Source of the DNA: Acidaminococcaceae bacterium
GTDB taxonomy: Bacteria; Bacillota; Negativicutes; Acidaminococcales; Acidaminococcaceae
Length of the DNA stretch: 64,000 nt
Assembly: GCA_029004715.1 (NCBI GenBank)
Contig: JAQVYX010000002.1
Coordinates: 2,664-66,663 of the forward strand
Direction of reading: 5' to 3'
Position 1 is the stretch's first letter; every line of letters begins with the position of its first letter. Position numbers and translations under genes: made by a program. Below are positions 47,769-59,041 of the stretch, in pieces. The notes under the pieces were generated by a model. That model was not told the DNA's origin. It saw only the letters and a program-made list of their open reading frames with translations, and made no database searches.

Positions 47769-49082
47769 TTAATATATTTTTTTTATTTGAATCCCTGTAT
47801 AATAATGCTGCAAAATTTGTTGGTAATAATCCTTTGACTTTTTGGGTGCCGCCAAGGCCATCCCTCTAGCGCCCCATTGGCTCATTCCCAACCCATGCCC
47901 CCAGCCATTACCTGCAATAAAAATTCTTTCACCTGTCACACTGGTCAAAAGCCTTACCTCTCCCATACTACCTGTGTAAGCATCTCTGCCTTTATTATTA
48001 GTTTTAATTGGTATTCTTTTCTTGCCAATCTCCATGCCAAACTGATTTAAAATAGGAACTTCAATATAGTCTGGTCTCTTTAGTCCAACATAAATATCAA
48101 AAAGTGTACTGTTCAAATGTAGTATGGAACGCAATTTAGTTCCCGCTATTGTTACATTACCTTTGTTACCGCTAAAGGTAATGTTCTTTACCCGTCCTGA
48201 AATGCCACGATCTATTGCCTTCATAGGAGCCGCTTTGCGATAGGAAAGTCTAATACTGGTTAATGTTCCTACGTTAAAGCCTGCTTGTGCTAATTGCCTT
48301 TGCAATTGGTCACGTGTATAAATTTTTTCCCAGCTAAACTGAGGCGCATCTTGGTCATAATCTTTTACTGCTTTTAGATAAGGGATGGGACTTCCCCAGA
48401 CATTTTCTGAACTTTCAGTATAACCACCACTACAACTATGGAAAAAAGCCTCTATGGGGCGCCCGTTATAAACAGCTACTACTCCCCGAGTTGTTTCTAT
48501 CATCTTGTTAGTATTGTCATGTTCTGCTAATATTCCACCGTAAATTTGTCCCATTTCGTTAGCCCGAACATCATAGCCAAGATAATGAGAACTATTGATT
48601 TTATTCAAAGCAAAAGAACGTGAAGCTACTGCTTGTGCCTTTATTGCCTCATCAGGCCACAAAGGTATTATTTCCTTGGCTACAACACCATAAAGATATT
48701 CTTCTAAGGGCAAAGAATTTATAATATTCAGGGTTTTCTTATTACTGTTTAATGTAGCCCTTATTGCTCCTCTATAGTGTTTTCTGTTCACGTCCACGGG
48801 AAATTTAGGATTTGCGGACAAAAAAGAAACAGAAGAACCACCTACAATGCTATTATCGACTTGCAACAGTCCTTTTTTTACACTCACAAAATGCCTGCCT
48901 GGGCTAAGAATAATAGTCTTGCCATTTGCCGCCAGCACTTTAATACCACCGCCGGAGCTCAGCTCAGCTGAAAACTGGTTTACAACTAAACCAACTCTAA
49001 TAGCAGGTCCCATTCCCGAGGCTAGCACAGGAGTTACCTGCATCGCAATTAACAACAAAGTAAGTAAGAGATATCTAACCAT
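47769..49082 (-). CDS. SpoIID/LytB-domain protein (secreted; putative lytic-transglycosylase-like amidase enhancer)
   Basis: 437 aa; signal peptide; SpoIID-family core (LEEYLYGVVAKE, AQAVASRSFAL, FHSCSGGYTE). Confidence 0.85.
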   Translation of the reverse strand: MVRYLLLTLLLIAMQVTPVLASGMGPAIRVGLVVNQFSAELSSGGGIKVLAANGKTIILSPGRHFVSVKKGLLQVDNSIVGGSSVSFLSANPKFPVDVNRKHYRGAIRATLNSNKKTLNIINSLPLEEYLYGVVAKEIIPLWPDEAIKAQAVASRSFALNKINSSHYLGYDVRANEMGQIYGGILAEHDNTNKMIETTRGVVAVYNGRPIEAFFHSCSGGYTESSENVWGSPIPYLKAVKDYDQDAPQFSWEKIYTRDQLQRQLAQAGFNVGTLTSIRLSYRKAAPMKAIDRGISGRVKNITFSGNKGNVTIAGTKLRSILHLNSTLFDIYVGLKRPDYIEVPILNQFGMEIGKKRIPIKTNNKGRDAYTGSMGEVRLLTSVTGERIFIAGNGWGHGLGMSQWGARGMALAAPKKSKDYYQQILQHYYTGIQIKKIY

Positions 49083-49084
49083 AA

Positions 49085-49645
49085 CTACTCCTTTACTTTC
49101 TGTTTTGGTTTCTTTTCATAACGGTCCCGTTCGCTGAAAATACAACCACAATAGGGCTGCCTGTACATTTCCAATTCCAAGCTAATATCAACACCCTCTT
49201 GGTATCCTACACGATAATCCTCATAGTAAAATGGTATATCATATTTTAGCGCTGCTTGTTGGGCTATAGCCTTTATTAGATCATGTTTTTGGTAGGGGCT
49301 TACTAAAAGTGTAGTGGAAAAAGCATCAAAACCATTCTCTTTGGCATATAGTGCCGCTGCTTCTAACCGTACTCTATAACAATATGCGCAACGTACCGTT
49401 GGTTCATTGAGCATTCCTTGCAAACATTTTTCCAACGGGTAACTTTTATCAACGATCAATTTATACTTTTTTAACTGACAATATTCACGCAAAGTATTTA
49501 AACGGTGCTTTAATTCTTTATAAGGATGAATATTGGGGTTAAAAAAATAAATAGTAAAATTGTATCCGTCCTCCTGCAACTTTTTGGCAGGATAAATAGA
49601 ACACGGGCCACAACAGGCATGTAACAAAATATTCACTGTACTCAC
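49085..49645 (-). CDS. queH: Epoxyqueuosine reductase QueH (DUF208)
   Basis: 186 aa; conserved cysteines HACCGPCS ... CAYCY ... PYCGC; start overlaps the ruvB stop by 4 nt. Confidence 0.88.
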   Translation of the reverse strand: MSTVNILLHACCGPCSIYPAKKLQEDGYNFTIYFFNPNIHPYKELKHRLNTLREYCQLKKYKLIVDKSYPLEKCLQGMLNEPTVRCAYCYRVRLEAAALYAKENGFDAFSTTLLVSPYQKHDLIKAIAQQAALKYDIPFYYEDYRVGYQEGVDISLELEMYRQPYCGCIFSERDRYEKKPKQKVKE

Positions 49646-50649
49646 TCCTTAGACGGCATCATAATTCCTAAATATTTATAAGTTTCCGCAGTAGCCACAC
49701 GTCCACGTGGAGTCCTTTGTAAAAGTCCCAGTTGCATTAAATATGGTTCATAAACGTCTTCCAACGTATCAGTTTCCTCATTAATAGCAGCAGCTATGGT
49801 TTCTACACCTACCGGTCCTCCGGCAAAAGTTTTGACAATAGCTGTAAGGATGCGACGATCATTACAGTCTAAGCCTTTATCATCAACTTCTAATTTACTA
49901 AGTGCAGATTTAGCTACCTCTCCGTTGATTTTAGCATCACCCATAACTTGGGCAAAATCACGAACTCGTTTCAAAAGGCGGTTGGCCACACGAGGTGTTC
50001 CCCTAGCTCTACGAGCTATTTCATAAGCTCCCTCGGCATCGATATTTACCTTTAGAATATTGGCCGCACGTATAACAATTGTCTGAAGTTCTTCCGGTTT
50101 ATAAAACTCTAACCGACATAAAACACCAAAACGATCACGTAAGGGAGCCGCAATAGACCCTGCTCGTGTAGTTGCTCCAATTAAGGTAAATTTGGGTAAA
50201 TCCAAACGTACACTGCGAGCACTTGGTCCTTTGCCAATAATAATATCTAAAGCGTAATCTTCCATGGAAGAATAAAGAATTTCTTCTACTGTTTTAGATA
50301 AGCGATGAATTTCGTCAATAAACAAAACATCATTATCATCCAAGTTAGTTAAAATTGCCGCTAAATCTCCTTGACGCTCAATCGCCGGTCCTGAAGTTAC
50401 ACGGATATTAACGTTAAGCTCATTAGCAATAATATTAGCCAAAGTTGTTTTACCAAGCCCCGGAGGCCCAAATAAAAGCACATGATCTAAAGCTTCCTTG
50501 CGCTCAGTGGCAGCCTTAATGAATACTGACATATTCCTTTTTACTTGCTCTTGCCCAATATATTCAGCCAAAAGCCTAGGCCTTAGGCTATATTGCCAAA
50601 CGTCAGCATCAGTTTCCTGTCCTGTAATAACTCTCTCATCTTGTTCCAT
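49642..50649 (-). CDS. ruvB: Holliday junction branch migration ATPase RuvB
   Basis: 335 aa; Walker [10 protein letters not shown]; Walker B LFIDEIHR; sensor/arginine finger regions. Confidence 0.97.
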   Translation of the reverse strand: MEQDERVITGQETDADVWQYSLRPRLLAEYIGQEQVKRNMSVFIKAATERKEALDHVLLFGPPGLGKTTLANIIANELNVNIRVTSGPAIERQGDLAAILTNLDDNDVLFIDEIHRLSKTVEEILYSSMEDYALDIIIGKGPSARSVRLDLPKFTLIGATTRAGSIAAPLRDRFGVLCRLEFYKPEELQTIVIRAANILKVNIDAEGAYEIARRARGTPRVANRLLKRVRDFAQVMGDAKINGEVAKSALSKLEVDDKGLDCNDRRILTAIVKTFAGGPVGVETIAAAINEETDTLEDVYEPYLMQLGLLQRTPRGRVATAETYKYLGIMMPSKE

Positions 50650-50651
50650 TA

Positions 50652-51251
50652 TTACCTCCCAGCCATTAGTTTCAAGGCTTTACGAACAATTTCTTCCGGT
50701 CGCATTGTATCTCTAGCTTGTATCTTATTAATAATTGGTATTATTTCTGAGTTTGTATACCCTAAAGCAAGAAGTGCTTCCATGGCATCATCAGTCACCG
50801 TTCCCGTATTCGTACCTATGCTATCAGAAAATTCCATATTAACTTCAGAACTTCCGCCCACTTTATCTTTCAATTCCAAAAGAATTCTTTCAGCAGTTTT
50901 TTTGCCTATACCTGGCAGTTTAGTCAAAAACTTTAAATCACGACTTTGAATAGCCACATAAAATTCATCAGGTTTAGCCGCTGACAACATGCCTAAGGCT
51001 ACTTTAGGACCTATGCCGCTAACTGAAATCAATTTTAAAAAAAGGCTATAGTAGTCCCTAGTTAAAAACCCATACAAAAGTAAAGCATCCTCACGTACAG
51101 ATAGATAGGTAAACGCCTTTACTTCCTGACCCGTCTTTAAAACCGCTAGTTGTCCTATGGGCATAAAAACACGATACCCTATGCCATTATTGTCAACAAT
51201 ACAGTGATCATTTCCTAGATAATCAAGCGTGCCTTTAATAAACCCTATCAT
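50652..51251 (-). CDS. ruvA: Holliday junction DNA helicase subunit RuvA
   Basis: 199 aa; OB-fold N-terminus; HhH motifs VSGIGPKVA and [12 protein letters not shown]. Confidence 0.95.
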   Translation of the reverse strand: MIGFIKGTLDYLGNDHCIVDNNGIGYRVFMPIGQLAVLKTGQEVKAFTYLSVREDALLLYGFLTRDYYSLFLKLISVSGIGPKVALGMLSAAKPDEFYVAIQSRDLKFLTKLPGIGKKTAERILLELKDKVGGSSEVNMEFSDSIGTNTGTVTDDAMEALLALGYTNSEIIPIINKIQARDTMRPEEIVRKALKLMAGR

Positions 51252-51748
51252 CTTTTCAGCTCCAATCCGTACTTTCTTTTATCAATGGAATGCAATCCAC
51301 AGATAGCAGTAGCTAAAGCATCTGCCACATCATCCGGTTTAGGCGTCTCGCGAATATTAAGTAATTTTTGTACCATAAAGGTAACCTGTTGTTTAGTAGC
51401 TCCGCCATAGCCTACTACCGCCTGTTTAATCTGTATAGGCGTATATTCTACTACGGGTATCCCGTTGTTAGCTGCTGTGAGCACAATAACTCCCCTAGCT
51501 TGGCCAACTGTAATTGCCGTAGTTACATTCGTATTAAAAAACAACTTTTCAACCGACATAAAATCAGGTTTATATTCTTCGATTATAGCAGTAAGTTCTT
51601 CATATATTTTTTTCAATCTTAGTTCCATGAGCATATCTTTATCCGTAAAAACTGCGCCATAATGTATGGATGTCAAATGACTGCCTTCTAATCTGACAAT
51701 CGCATAACCACAAATAGCAGTTCCCGGATCTATACCAATTGCTAACAT
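51248..51748 (-). CDS. ruvC: Crossover junction endodeoxyribonuclease RuvC
   Basis: MLAIGIDPGTA catalytic Asp N-terminus. Start moved to ATG 51746-51748 after GGAAGGA; the 25-codon ORF-track extension has no homology logic. Confidence 0.93.
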   Translation of the reverse strand: MLAIGIDPGTAICGYAIVRLEGSHLTSIHYGAVFTDKDMLMELRLKKIYEELTAIIEEYKPDFMSVEKLFFNTNVTTAITVGQARGVIVLTAANNGIPVVEYTPIQIKQAVVGYGGATKQQVTFMVQKLLNIRETPKPDDVADALATAICGLHSIDKRKYGLELKR

Positions 51749-51943
51749 ATCATAATCCTTCCCAGCTAATGAAAAGAGACACCCACCAAAATATTCTAAA
51801 AAATATGCTGGGTATCCCCTCAACTTACATTAAGCCACAAATTGGCTTTTATTAATCTGGTTAAACAACCAACTATAAAGCAAGCGCAAAAAACCAAATG
51901 AGCATTGTGCTACACGATATTACTAACCCTTATAAAACAAAGG

Positions 51944-52675
51944 TCATTCTTCATCCGGCAAATCAGCATTAGTATAAACATCTTGCACATCATCTAATTC
52001 TTCGAAACCATCAATCATGCGTTGTGCTTTAACGGCATCTTCACCGGATAAAGCAACCATGGTATCAGGAATCATGGCAATCTCCGACATAGCAATCTCT
52101 ATGTTATTATCAGCTAAAACTTTTTCTACAGCATTGTAATCTTCAACAGCAGTAATTATTTCATAGCCTTCTTCTTCAGTTTTCATATCCTCTGCTCCTG
52201 CTTCTAGCACTAGCAGCATTAACTCTTCTTCACTAGGGCTGCCTTCTTTAGCTACAGAAAAAATACCCTTGCGTTTAAACATCCAGTTTACGCAACCGGT
52301 TTCGCCCATATTACCACCCTTAGAAAATGCATGACGGACATCAGCAGCAGTACGATTGCGATTATCTGTCAAAGCAGAAACCATGATAGCCACTCCTGCC
52401 GGGCCATAACCTTCGTAAGTTATTTCTTCATAATTAGAAGCATCAGCAGCACCTACGCCTTTAGCAATAGCTCTTTTAATATTGTCCTTGGGAACATTGT
52501 TCGCTTTTGCTTTAGATAAAGCCAGCTTCAGCTTCATGTTACCCGTTGGATCAGCACCACCCATACGTACGGCAATGGTAATTTCACGTCCTATTTTTGT
52601 TGTAATCTGGCCTCGAAGAGCATCCGTCTTACCCTTCTTAAATTTAATATTTGCCCATTTGGAATGTCCTGACAT
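51944..52675 (-). CDS. yebC: YebC/PmpR-family DNA-binding transcriptional regulator
   Basis: Canonical N-terminus MSGHSKWANIKFKKG; start at ATG 52673-52675 after GGGAGG. Confidence 0.93.
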   Translation of the reverse strand: MSGHSKWANIKFKKGKTDALRGQITTKIGREITIAVRMGGADPTGNMKLKLALSKAKANNVPKDNIKRAIAKGVGAADASNYEEITYEGYGPAGVAIMVSALTDNRNRTAADVRHAFSKGGNMGETGCVNWMFKRKGIFSVAKEGSPSEEELMLLVLEAGAEDMKTEEEGYEIITAVEDYNAVEKVLADNNIEIAMSEIAMIPDTMVALSGEDAVKAQRMIDGFEELDDVQDVYTNADLPDEE

Positions 52676-52940
52676 CTGTATTCCTCCCAGTATCATTTGT
52701 TTGGACAACCTCAATGGTAGTCCCTACATATGTCAATATAATATAACCAATTAATATTACCACAATTGGCCTGTTTTCGCAAATTTAGGGGTCTATTATC
52801 TAGGGCTAAATATATGCTTTTTAAAATTAATTAAGCTAGTATTTTTTAAGGTTTTTTGGTCCTAACATTCTATGTTATTTATCAATCTATGGTATAATTA
52901 CAGACAGCTTTAGACTATTAATCAATTAAGGAGAGATTTT

Positions 52941-54755
52941 ATGACAACTTTAACTGATCCCCAACACGGAAACACTATCGAGCGTAAAGCTATTCCCGCT
53001 GAATATAAATGGCGAATAACTGACATTTTTGCCAACGATGAATTATGGGCCGATACCGCTAACGATATAAAAGCCGTTTTACCTTTGCTTACTGACATGC
53101 AAAACAAATTAAAAGATAAAGATAGTATCCTTTTTTGCCTACACCTTAGAGACGAATTATCCATGGCTGTAGAAAAAATTTATCCTTATGCCCGTTTGCA
53201 AAAAGATGCAGATAACACTGATGGACACTCTCAATTTTTAACGGGAACAGCAGAAGTACTCATGAGTGATTGCTCTAATGCAGCAGCTTTTATTGAGCCT
53301 GAGCTTCTAGCCCTGCCAAGGGAATTATTGCAAAAATTGGTCAAGGATCCGGATTGCGTCAACTATAGTCACTATTTTGCTGACTTGCTGCGTTTATCTG
53401 ACCACGTTTTAAATGCCAGAGAAGAAGAATTGCTCTCTCGCAGTCAATTAGCCACTAGTGCTGCTGCTGATATTTTTCATGCTTTGGTCGGTGCTGATAT
53501 TACCTTTTCTGAGGCAAAAGATGCCAAAGATAATCTACATCCTGTGAGTGAAGGCAGCTATTTGCTAAACATGACTTCTCCTGACCGTCAATTACGCAAA
53601 AACACCTTTACTACTCTCATGTCTACCTATCATAATTTTCGTAACACCTTAGCCGCTTCCCTGACGGCCAGAGCTCGTTCCAGTCATTTTTATGCAACTA
53701 TGCGCAAATACGAAGATACCAGAGCCAATTCTCTGGCCGCAGACAATATCCCCAGCAGCCTCTACGATGGCTTAATCTCTACGGTAGAAAAAAATTTACC
53801 GGCCTTACATGAATATATGTCCTTAAAAAAAGAAGTGCTCAAATTAAAAGAACTGCATCCATACGATATGTATCTGCCTTTAACGCAAAGTGGCGGCGAC
53901 ACTTTTAATTTTACCTTTGCAGAAGCAAAAGCAACAGTTTTAGAAGCCCTTCAACCTTTGGGTGAAAACTACATTACTAACTTAAAAACAGGTCTTGAAG
54001 GCGGCTGGATTGATATTTATGAAAATAAAGGCAAACGCAGCGGTGCTTATTCTTGGGGTGTTTATGGCGTGCATCCTTATGTGCTGCTAAACTTCCAACC
54101 ACGCTATAATAGTGTATCAACTCTGGCACATGAAATGGGCCACGCTATGCACAGTTTTTTCAGCAACCAGTCACAACCTTTTCCCACAGCAGATTATACT
54201 ATCTTTTGTGCTGAAGTTGCCTCTACTACTAATGAAATTTTATTATTAGAACACATGCTTACCAAAGCCACTAAAGAACAAAAAATTTATCTGTTAAATC
54301 AATATTTAGAAGCTGTGCGTACTACAGTATATCGTCAAACTCAGTTTGCGGAATTCGAGAAAATTATTCATGCCCAAATTACTAAAGGTGCTACTTTAAC
54401 CGCTGATTATTTGGAAGAAACTTGGCATAACCTGAATGTAAAGTACTATGGAGATGCCTTAATCGTAGACAACCTATTAGATAGTGAATGGTCGCGCATC
54501 CCGCACTTCTACACCCCTTTTTACGTATATAAGTATGCCACCGGCTACTCGGCAGCTACTGCTTTTGCCCAAAAAATACTTTCTAAAGAAAAGGATGCTA
54601 TAAATAGGTATCTCCACTTTTTACAAGCAGGCGGAAGCGATTATCCTCTGAACATTTTGAAAGCTGCAGGTGTTGATTTAACTAGCCCAGCACCTATTCA
54701 AGTAACCTTAGATAAATTTAAAGCAAATCTAGCTAGATTAAAAGAACTATTGTAG
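52941..54755 (+). CDS. pepF: Oligoendopeptidase F (M3B metallopeptidase)
   Basis: 604 aa; zinc motif LAHEMGHAMH; strong SD AAGGAGA. Confidence 0.92.
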   Translation: MTTLTDPQHGNTIERKAIPAEYKWRITDIFANDELWADTANDIKAVLPLLTDMQNKLKDKDSILFCLHLRDELSMAVEKIYPYARLQKDADNTDGHSQFLTGTAEVLMSDCSNAAAFIEPELLALPRELLQKLVKDPDCVNYSHYFADLLRLSDHVLNAREEELLSRSQLATSAAADIFHALVGADITFSEAKDAKDNLHPVSEGSYLLNMTSPDRQLRKNTFTTLMSTYHNFRNTLAASLTARARSSHFYATMRKYEDTRANSLAADNIPSSLYDGLISTVEKNLPALHEYMSLKKEVLKLKELHPYDMYLPLTQSGGDTFNFTFAEAKATVLEALQPLGENYITNLKTGLEGGWIDIYENKGKRSGAYSWGVYGVHPYVLLNFQPRYNSVSTLAHEMGHAMHSFFSNQSQPFPTADYTIFCAEVASTTNEILLLEHMLTKATKEQKIYLLNQYLEAVRTTVYRQTQFAEFEKIIHAQITKGATLTADYLEETWHNLNVKYYGDALIVDNLLDSEWSRIPHFYTPFYVYKYATGYSAATAFAQKILSKEKDAINRYLHFLQAGGSDYPLNILKAAGVDLTSPAPIQVTLDKFKANLARLKELL

Positions 54756-54785
54756 TACAATGCTTTTGCCTAGCGGAACATATGC

Positions 54786-54829
54786 AAAAAGCGAAGCAGT
54801 TATCTTTTATAGATAGCTGCTTCGTTTTT
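54786..54829. terminator. Bidirectional terminator between pepF and thrC
   Basis: 14-bp stem gcgaagcagttatct/agatagctgcttcg flanked by A5 and T5. Confidence 0.75.
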
Positions 54830-56324
54830 ATATACCCAATATTTTTTTAACCGTACTTTCCAGCTCTGTTTTTTCAACTACGTCTTCATGCAATACCGGT
54901 AATTTTTCTAATGCAGCCATTTGCAAGGGTATTTTTAATCCTGAAATTTCCTCTAACTTCTTTAGTTCTGCAAAAGTGCCTAGACCGCTAAAATCTTCAT
55001 TAGGTCTTATTGCTTCCAAAACTGCCGTACTAAACTTAAAGGGACTAGCAGTAGACAATACTATGCAATAAGTTTCATCACTAGTCAAAAGTCTATATTT
55101 CTCCATGGCTCTCCAAGCTACTGCCGTATGAGGATCCATCAAGTATTTTTCATCTCTATACACATTGCCGATAGTTTCCTTGGTCTCAAACTCATCAACC
55201 CAAGTTCCAAAGAAATCCTGTAATATTTTGCTTTGCAAATTTTTACCAACGCTGTAAACACCGGTTTCCTTAAGTTGATTCATCCATTGAGCTACTTGAG
55301 TAGCATTATCTTCTGTTTCTACATACAGTAAACGTTCCAAGTTACTGGAAACTAAAATATCCATAGAAGGAGAAATCGTCCTATAAAATTCTCTACGCTT
55401 ATCGTATGTTCCAGTATTTATAAAATCTGTCAGTACCTTATTGCTGTTAGAAGCGCAAATGAATTTATTAACAGGCAGCCCCATTATCTTCGCAAAAAAA
55501 CCTGCTAAAATATCGCCAAAATTACCGGTAGGCACAGAAAAGTTTACCAAATCACCCGCCTTAATACGGCCTGCATTAACTGCGTCAGCGTAAGCACTAA
55601 AATAATAAACAATCTGGGGTACTAAACGCCCCCAATTAATAGAGTTAGCAGAAGAAAAAGCACAATTATGTTCTTTTAACTCCTTTGTTAAAGCCTTATC
55701 TCCAAATAATGTTTTTACACCAGTTTGCGCGTCGTCAAAATTACCTTTTACTGCCACTACATGAACATTATTGCCCTGCTGCGTAATCATCTGTCGTTTT
55801 TGAATATCGCTAACTCCCTCTTCAGGATAAAAAACGATAACCTCAGTACCAGGTATGTCAGCAAAACCTGCTAAAGCCGCCTTACCGGTATCACCGGAAG
55901 TAGCAACTAAAATAACTAATTTCATTTGTTCACCGGTTTTTTTCACAGCTCTAGTCAAAAGTAAGGGCAAAATTTGCAAGGCCATATCCTTAAAGGCAGC
56001 TGTAGGTCCATGCCAAAGTTCTAGAACATCGGCATTATCTTTTACTTGACGCAAAGGAACCGGAAAGCCAGAAAATTTTTCCTTGCTGTAAGCTTTAGTA
56101 ATACATTCTGTAAGTTCCTCTTCAGTAAAATCTGTTAAAAAGCGACTTAAGACGGTAATAGCTCGCTCTCCATAGGGTAATTTGCGCATAGCACAAATTT
56201 CCGTCATGGACAAATGCGCAAATTCTTGAGGCATAAACAGCCCCCCATCATCTGCCAGTCCTTGAGCAATGGCATGTGCTGAGCAAATCATTTCTGTTTG
56301 TCCCCTAGTACTTGTATATAACAT
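54828..56324 (-). CDS. thrC: Threonine synthase (long form)
   Basis: MLYTSTRG N-terminus; PLP-lysine motif PTAAFKDMA; start moved to ATG 56322-56324. Confidence 0.92.
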   Translation of the reverse strand: MLYTSTRGQTEMICSAHAIAQGLADDGGLFMPQEFAHLSMTEICAMRKLPYGERAITVLSRFLTDFTEEELTECITKAYSKEKFSGFPVPLRQVKDNADVLELWHGPTAAFKDMALQILPLLLTRAVKKTGEQMKLVILVATSGDTGKAALAGFADIPGTEVIVFYPEEGVSDIQKRQMITQQGNNVHVVAVKGNFDDAQTGVKTLFGDKALTKELKEHNCAFSSANSINWGRLVPQIVYYFSAYADAVNAGRIKAGDLVNFSVPTGNFGDILAGFFAKIMGLPVNKFICASNSNKVLTDFINTGTYDKRREFYRTISPSMDILVSSNLERLLYVETEDNATQVAQWMNQLKETGVYSVGKNLQSKILQDFFGTWVDEFETKETIGNVYRDEKYLMDPHTAVAWRAMEKYRLLTSDETYCIVLSTASPFKFSTAVLEAIRPNEDFSGLGTFAELKKLEEISGLKIPLQMAALEKLPVLHEDVVEKTELESTVKKILGI

Positions 56325-56420
56325 TATATCTCCCAACTTTCTTTTTGAAATTGCATCAACATAATAGCACAAAACAGGGATAAATACCAATATTTTATAC
56401 TAACCACCCTCAGCCTTAGC

Positions 56421-56894
56421 TTAAGCATTAGTAAATTCATAACCGTTAGTCACTTTCAGTAAATCTGAAGGAGCCAGCAGTAATTGTAATCCCCGCATGC
56501 CGGCACTAATTACAATTTTAGGCCAATTATTAGCTGTGCTGTCCAAATATACCGGATAGTGTTTTTTTGCTCCTATAGGGCTTACTCCGCCTCTTATATA
56601 ACCGGTAAGTGGCAGCACTTCCTTTAAATGCACTAATTCCGTTTTTTTATTGCCACTAGCTTTTGCCAAGGCTTTTAGGTTCAACTCCCCATCACCACGG
56701 ATAACAGCAAAAATAATTCCTGTTTTATCACCACGCACACACAAAGTCTTAAATATCTGATTTGCGGGTAAGCCCACAGAATTTGCCACATGAACAGCAT
56801 CTAAATGTTCTAAGTCCACTGCATATGCTTTTATTTCATATTCTATTTTTGCTTCCTCCAAAATACGAGCTGCGTTAGTTTTCTTTACTCTCAT
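56421..56894 (-). CDS. ybaK: Cys-tRNA(Pro)/Cys-tRNA(Cys) deacylase YbaK
   Basis: 157 aa; YbaK/ProX-type trans-editing domain (TNAARIL, KTL.V, GGVSPIG). Confidence 0.88.
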   Translation of the reverse strand: MRVKKTNAARILEEAKIEYEIKAYAVDLEHLDAVHVANSVGLPANQIFKTLCVRGDKTGIIFAVIRGDGELNLKALAKASGNKKTELVHLKEVLPLTGYIRGGVSPIGAKKHYPVYLDSTANNWPKIVISAGMRGLQLLLAPSDLLKVTNGYEFTNA

Positions 56895-57032
56895 GCTAAG
56901 GTCCTTTCTGAAAATAAAAGTTAAAGATTTTGCAATAATACAACACCAAACTTTACGGCTTTTCTTTAATTTACACCAATTGTTTGCTATAATGAATTAA
57001 TATATTATACCAAATAATTAAGCGGAGTGAAA

Positions 57033-58931
57033 ATGAAGATTAAAATTGCCTGTGCTCAAATTGAAATAATAGCCGGAAATCCACAACTAAACACACAAAC
57101 AGCCCTAAACGCAATTGCCGAAGCCAAAAGGCAAAGCATTGATGTTTTGTTACTACCGGAGCTTGGTATTCCCGGTTATCTTTTAGGTGATTTGTGGGAA
57201 CAACCTGCTTTTTTGCAAGATTGTGCAAATTTTGGTGAAAAAATTATTGCTGCTTCTCAGGGAATTTGCGTTGTTTTTGGTAATATCGCTACTGATCCTG
57301 CCAAAGTAAATGAAGACGGGCGCATACGCAAATATAACGCTGCCTTTACCGTTCAAAATGGCAAGGTTATCCAAGGACCTTTGCCCTATCCTTTTATTAT
57401 TAAAACTTCTTTGCCTGATTATCGCGAGTTTGATGACAGTCGTTATTTTCATAGCTTAGTCAAATTACAGCCGGAACTTAAACCTTATAAAACCATGGAA
57501 GATCTTTTACAGCCACTAAAAATAATGGTTAGAGGTGAGGAAATTCGCTTGGGGGTTATGATATGTGAAGATGGCTGGACAGAAAATTATCATTTCAATG
57601 TGCCTAAAATTCTGCAAAAAAACGGTGCACAAATTCTCTGTAATATTTCCTGTTCTCCCTTTACCTTGAACAAGAATCACAAACGTGACAAGGTCTTTTC
57701 CGCACAAGTAAGATCCTGCGGAATTCCTCTTTTATACTGTAATAATATTGGTATTCAAAATAACGGTAAGAATGTTTTCACCTATGACGGCTGTAGCTGC
57801 ATCTACGATGCTAAAGGGCATTTAGTAGCTAATAGCAACCGCTTTGAGCCTGACCTTTTACTGTGTGAATTTGATACTGCTACCGGTAAAGTCACTAGTA
57901 GCTCCGAGCCTAAAGCAGCTCTGTCTGAAACTGAAGAAATATATGCAGCATTGTACTACGGTGCCAAGAAATTTTTAGCGCAAATGCACATCGCTAAAAT
58001 GACTATAGGTATCTCAGGGGGGATTGACTCCGCAGTAACGGCCGCTTTTTATATTAATGTCCTAGGACCAGAAAATGTGCTCTTAGTAAATATGCCTTCT
58101 CGTTACAATTCACAAATTACCAAAAATTTGGCCCAAACTATGGCTAAAGCATTGGGCACAAACTATACTATCATGCCCATCCAAAACTTCGTAGATCAAA
58201 CTATTGAGCAAATAACTACAACGCCGATTTATAACTATACCCAAAACAGCGACTTTTATTTAAAGCTTACCTCTCTAGCTAAAGAAAATATTCAGGCCAG
58301 AGACCGAGGTGCCCGTATTATTGCCGGTTTATCCTCTGCCTGGGGTGGTGCTTTCTCCTGCAATTCCAACAAGACGGAATTGACTGTAGGCTATGCCACT
58401 TTTTACGGTGATATAGCAGGCTGTCTAGCACTTATAGGTGATTTGTGGAAGCATCAGGTCTACGCCCTAGGCCGCTATCTGAATGAGGAAGTTTATAAAC
58501 GCCCGGTTATTGCTGAAGATGTCTTTAAAATTACTCCCAGCGCCGAACTTTCCTCTGCCCAAACCGTCGGTACCGGCGGTGATCCTTTGCTGTATCCTTA
58601 CCATGATTACTTATTCAAAGCTTTTGTGGAAAAATGGCATAAAGTTTCTCCTGAAGAAATTTTATTATGGTACAAAGAAAACACTTTAGAAGCTAATCTT
58701 GGTTGCCAGCCCGGACTAATTGAGCAGCTCTTCGCGACGCCCGCAGCATTCATCGATGATTTGGAACACTGGTGGGAACTCTTTTGTGGCTTTGCCGTGG
58801 CCAAACGTATACAAGCGCCCCCGATCCTAAGCATTACTAAACGTTCTTATGGTTATGACCATAGAGAATCGCAGTTGCTCCCCTATTTTTCTCAAAAATA
58901 CCTTGCCTTAAAAAAAGAATTATTGCAATAA
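57033..58931 (+). CDS. nadE: Glutamine-dependent NAD+ synthetase (CN-hydrolase + NAD synthetase domains)
   Basis: N-terminal nitrilase-type domain (LLPEL, catalytic Cys in GVMICEDGW); C-terminal PP-loop GISGGIDSAV; start at ATG 57033 after GGAG. Confidence 0.92.
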   Translation: MKIKIACAQIEIIAGNPQLNTQTALNAIAEAKRQSIDVLLLPELGIPGYLLGDLWEQPAFLQDCANFGEKIIAASQGICVVFGNIATDPAKVNEDGRIRKYNAAFTVQNGKVIQGPLPYPFIIKTSLPDYREFDDSRYFHSLVKLQPELKPYKTMEDLLQPLKIMVRGEEIRLGVMICEDGWTENYHFNVPKILQKNGAQILCNISCSPFTLNKNHKRDKVFSAQVRSCGIPLLYCNNIGIQNNGKNVFTYDGCSCIYDAKGHLVANSNRFEPDLLLCEFDTATGKVTSSSEPKAALSETEEIYAALYYGAKKFLAQMHIAKMTIGISGGIDSAVTAAFYINVLGPENVLLVNMPSRYNSQITKNLAQTMAKALGTNYTIMPIQNFVDQTIEQITTTPIYNYTQNSDFYLKLTSLAKENIQARDRGARIIAGLSSAWGGAFSCNSNKTELTVGYATFYGDIAGCLALIGDLWKHQVYALGRYLNEEVYKRPVIAEDVFKITPSAELSSAQTVGTGGDPLLYPYHDYLFKAFVEKWHKVSPEEILLWYKENTLEANLGCQPGLIEQLFATPAAFIDDLEHWWELFCGFAVAKRIQAPPILSITKRSYGYDHRESQLLPYFSQKYLALKKELLQ

Positions 58932-58978
58932 AAAAACAGCAGCTATTGACCATAAAAAGTCAACAACTGCTGTTTTTA
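58930..58978. terminator. Bidirectional terminator between nadE and the pilin gene
   Basis: 16-bp imperfect stem aacagcagctattgac/gtcaacaactgctgtt flanked by A7 and T5. Confidence 0.75.
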
Positions 58979-59041
58979 TTTACATTTTTCATGTCGTGGA
59001 TTAGCTAGGCGCTGATAGGAACAATCCTAGCAACGATTCAC

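Noticed and set aside
47769-49082. Using the SpoIID/LytB-domain gene as evidence for sporulation or a sporulation locus
   Set aside because: SpoIID-domain proteins occur in non-sporulating bacteria, and no other sporulation gene is nearby.
51749-51823. N-terminal extensions proposed by the ORF track for ruvC, and likewise thrC 56325-56390, yebC 52676-52714, mutS2 33426-33488, hisS 4476-4496 and trkA 24156-24173
   Set aside because: Each extension lacks an SD, adds non-homologous residues ahead of a canonical family N-terminus, and has an internal start with a good SD at proper spacing.
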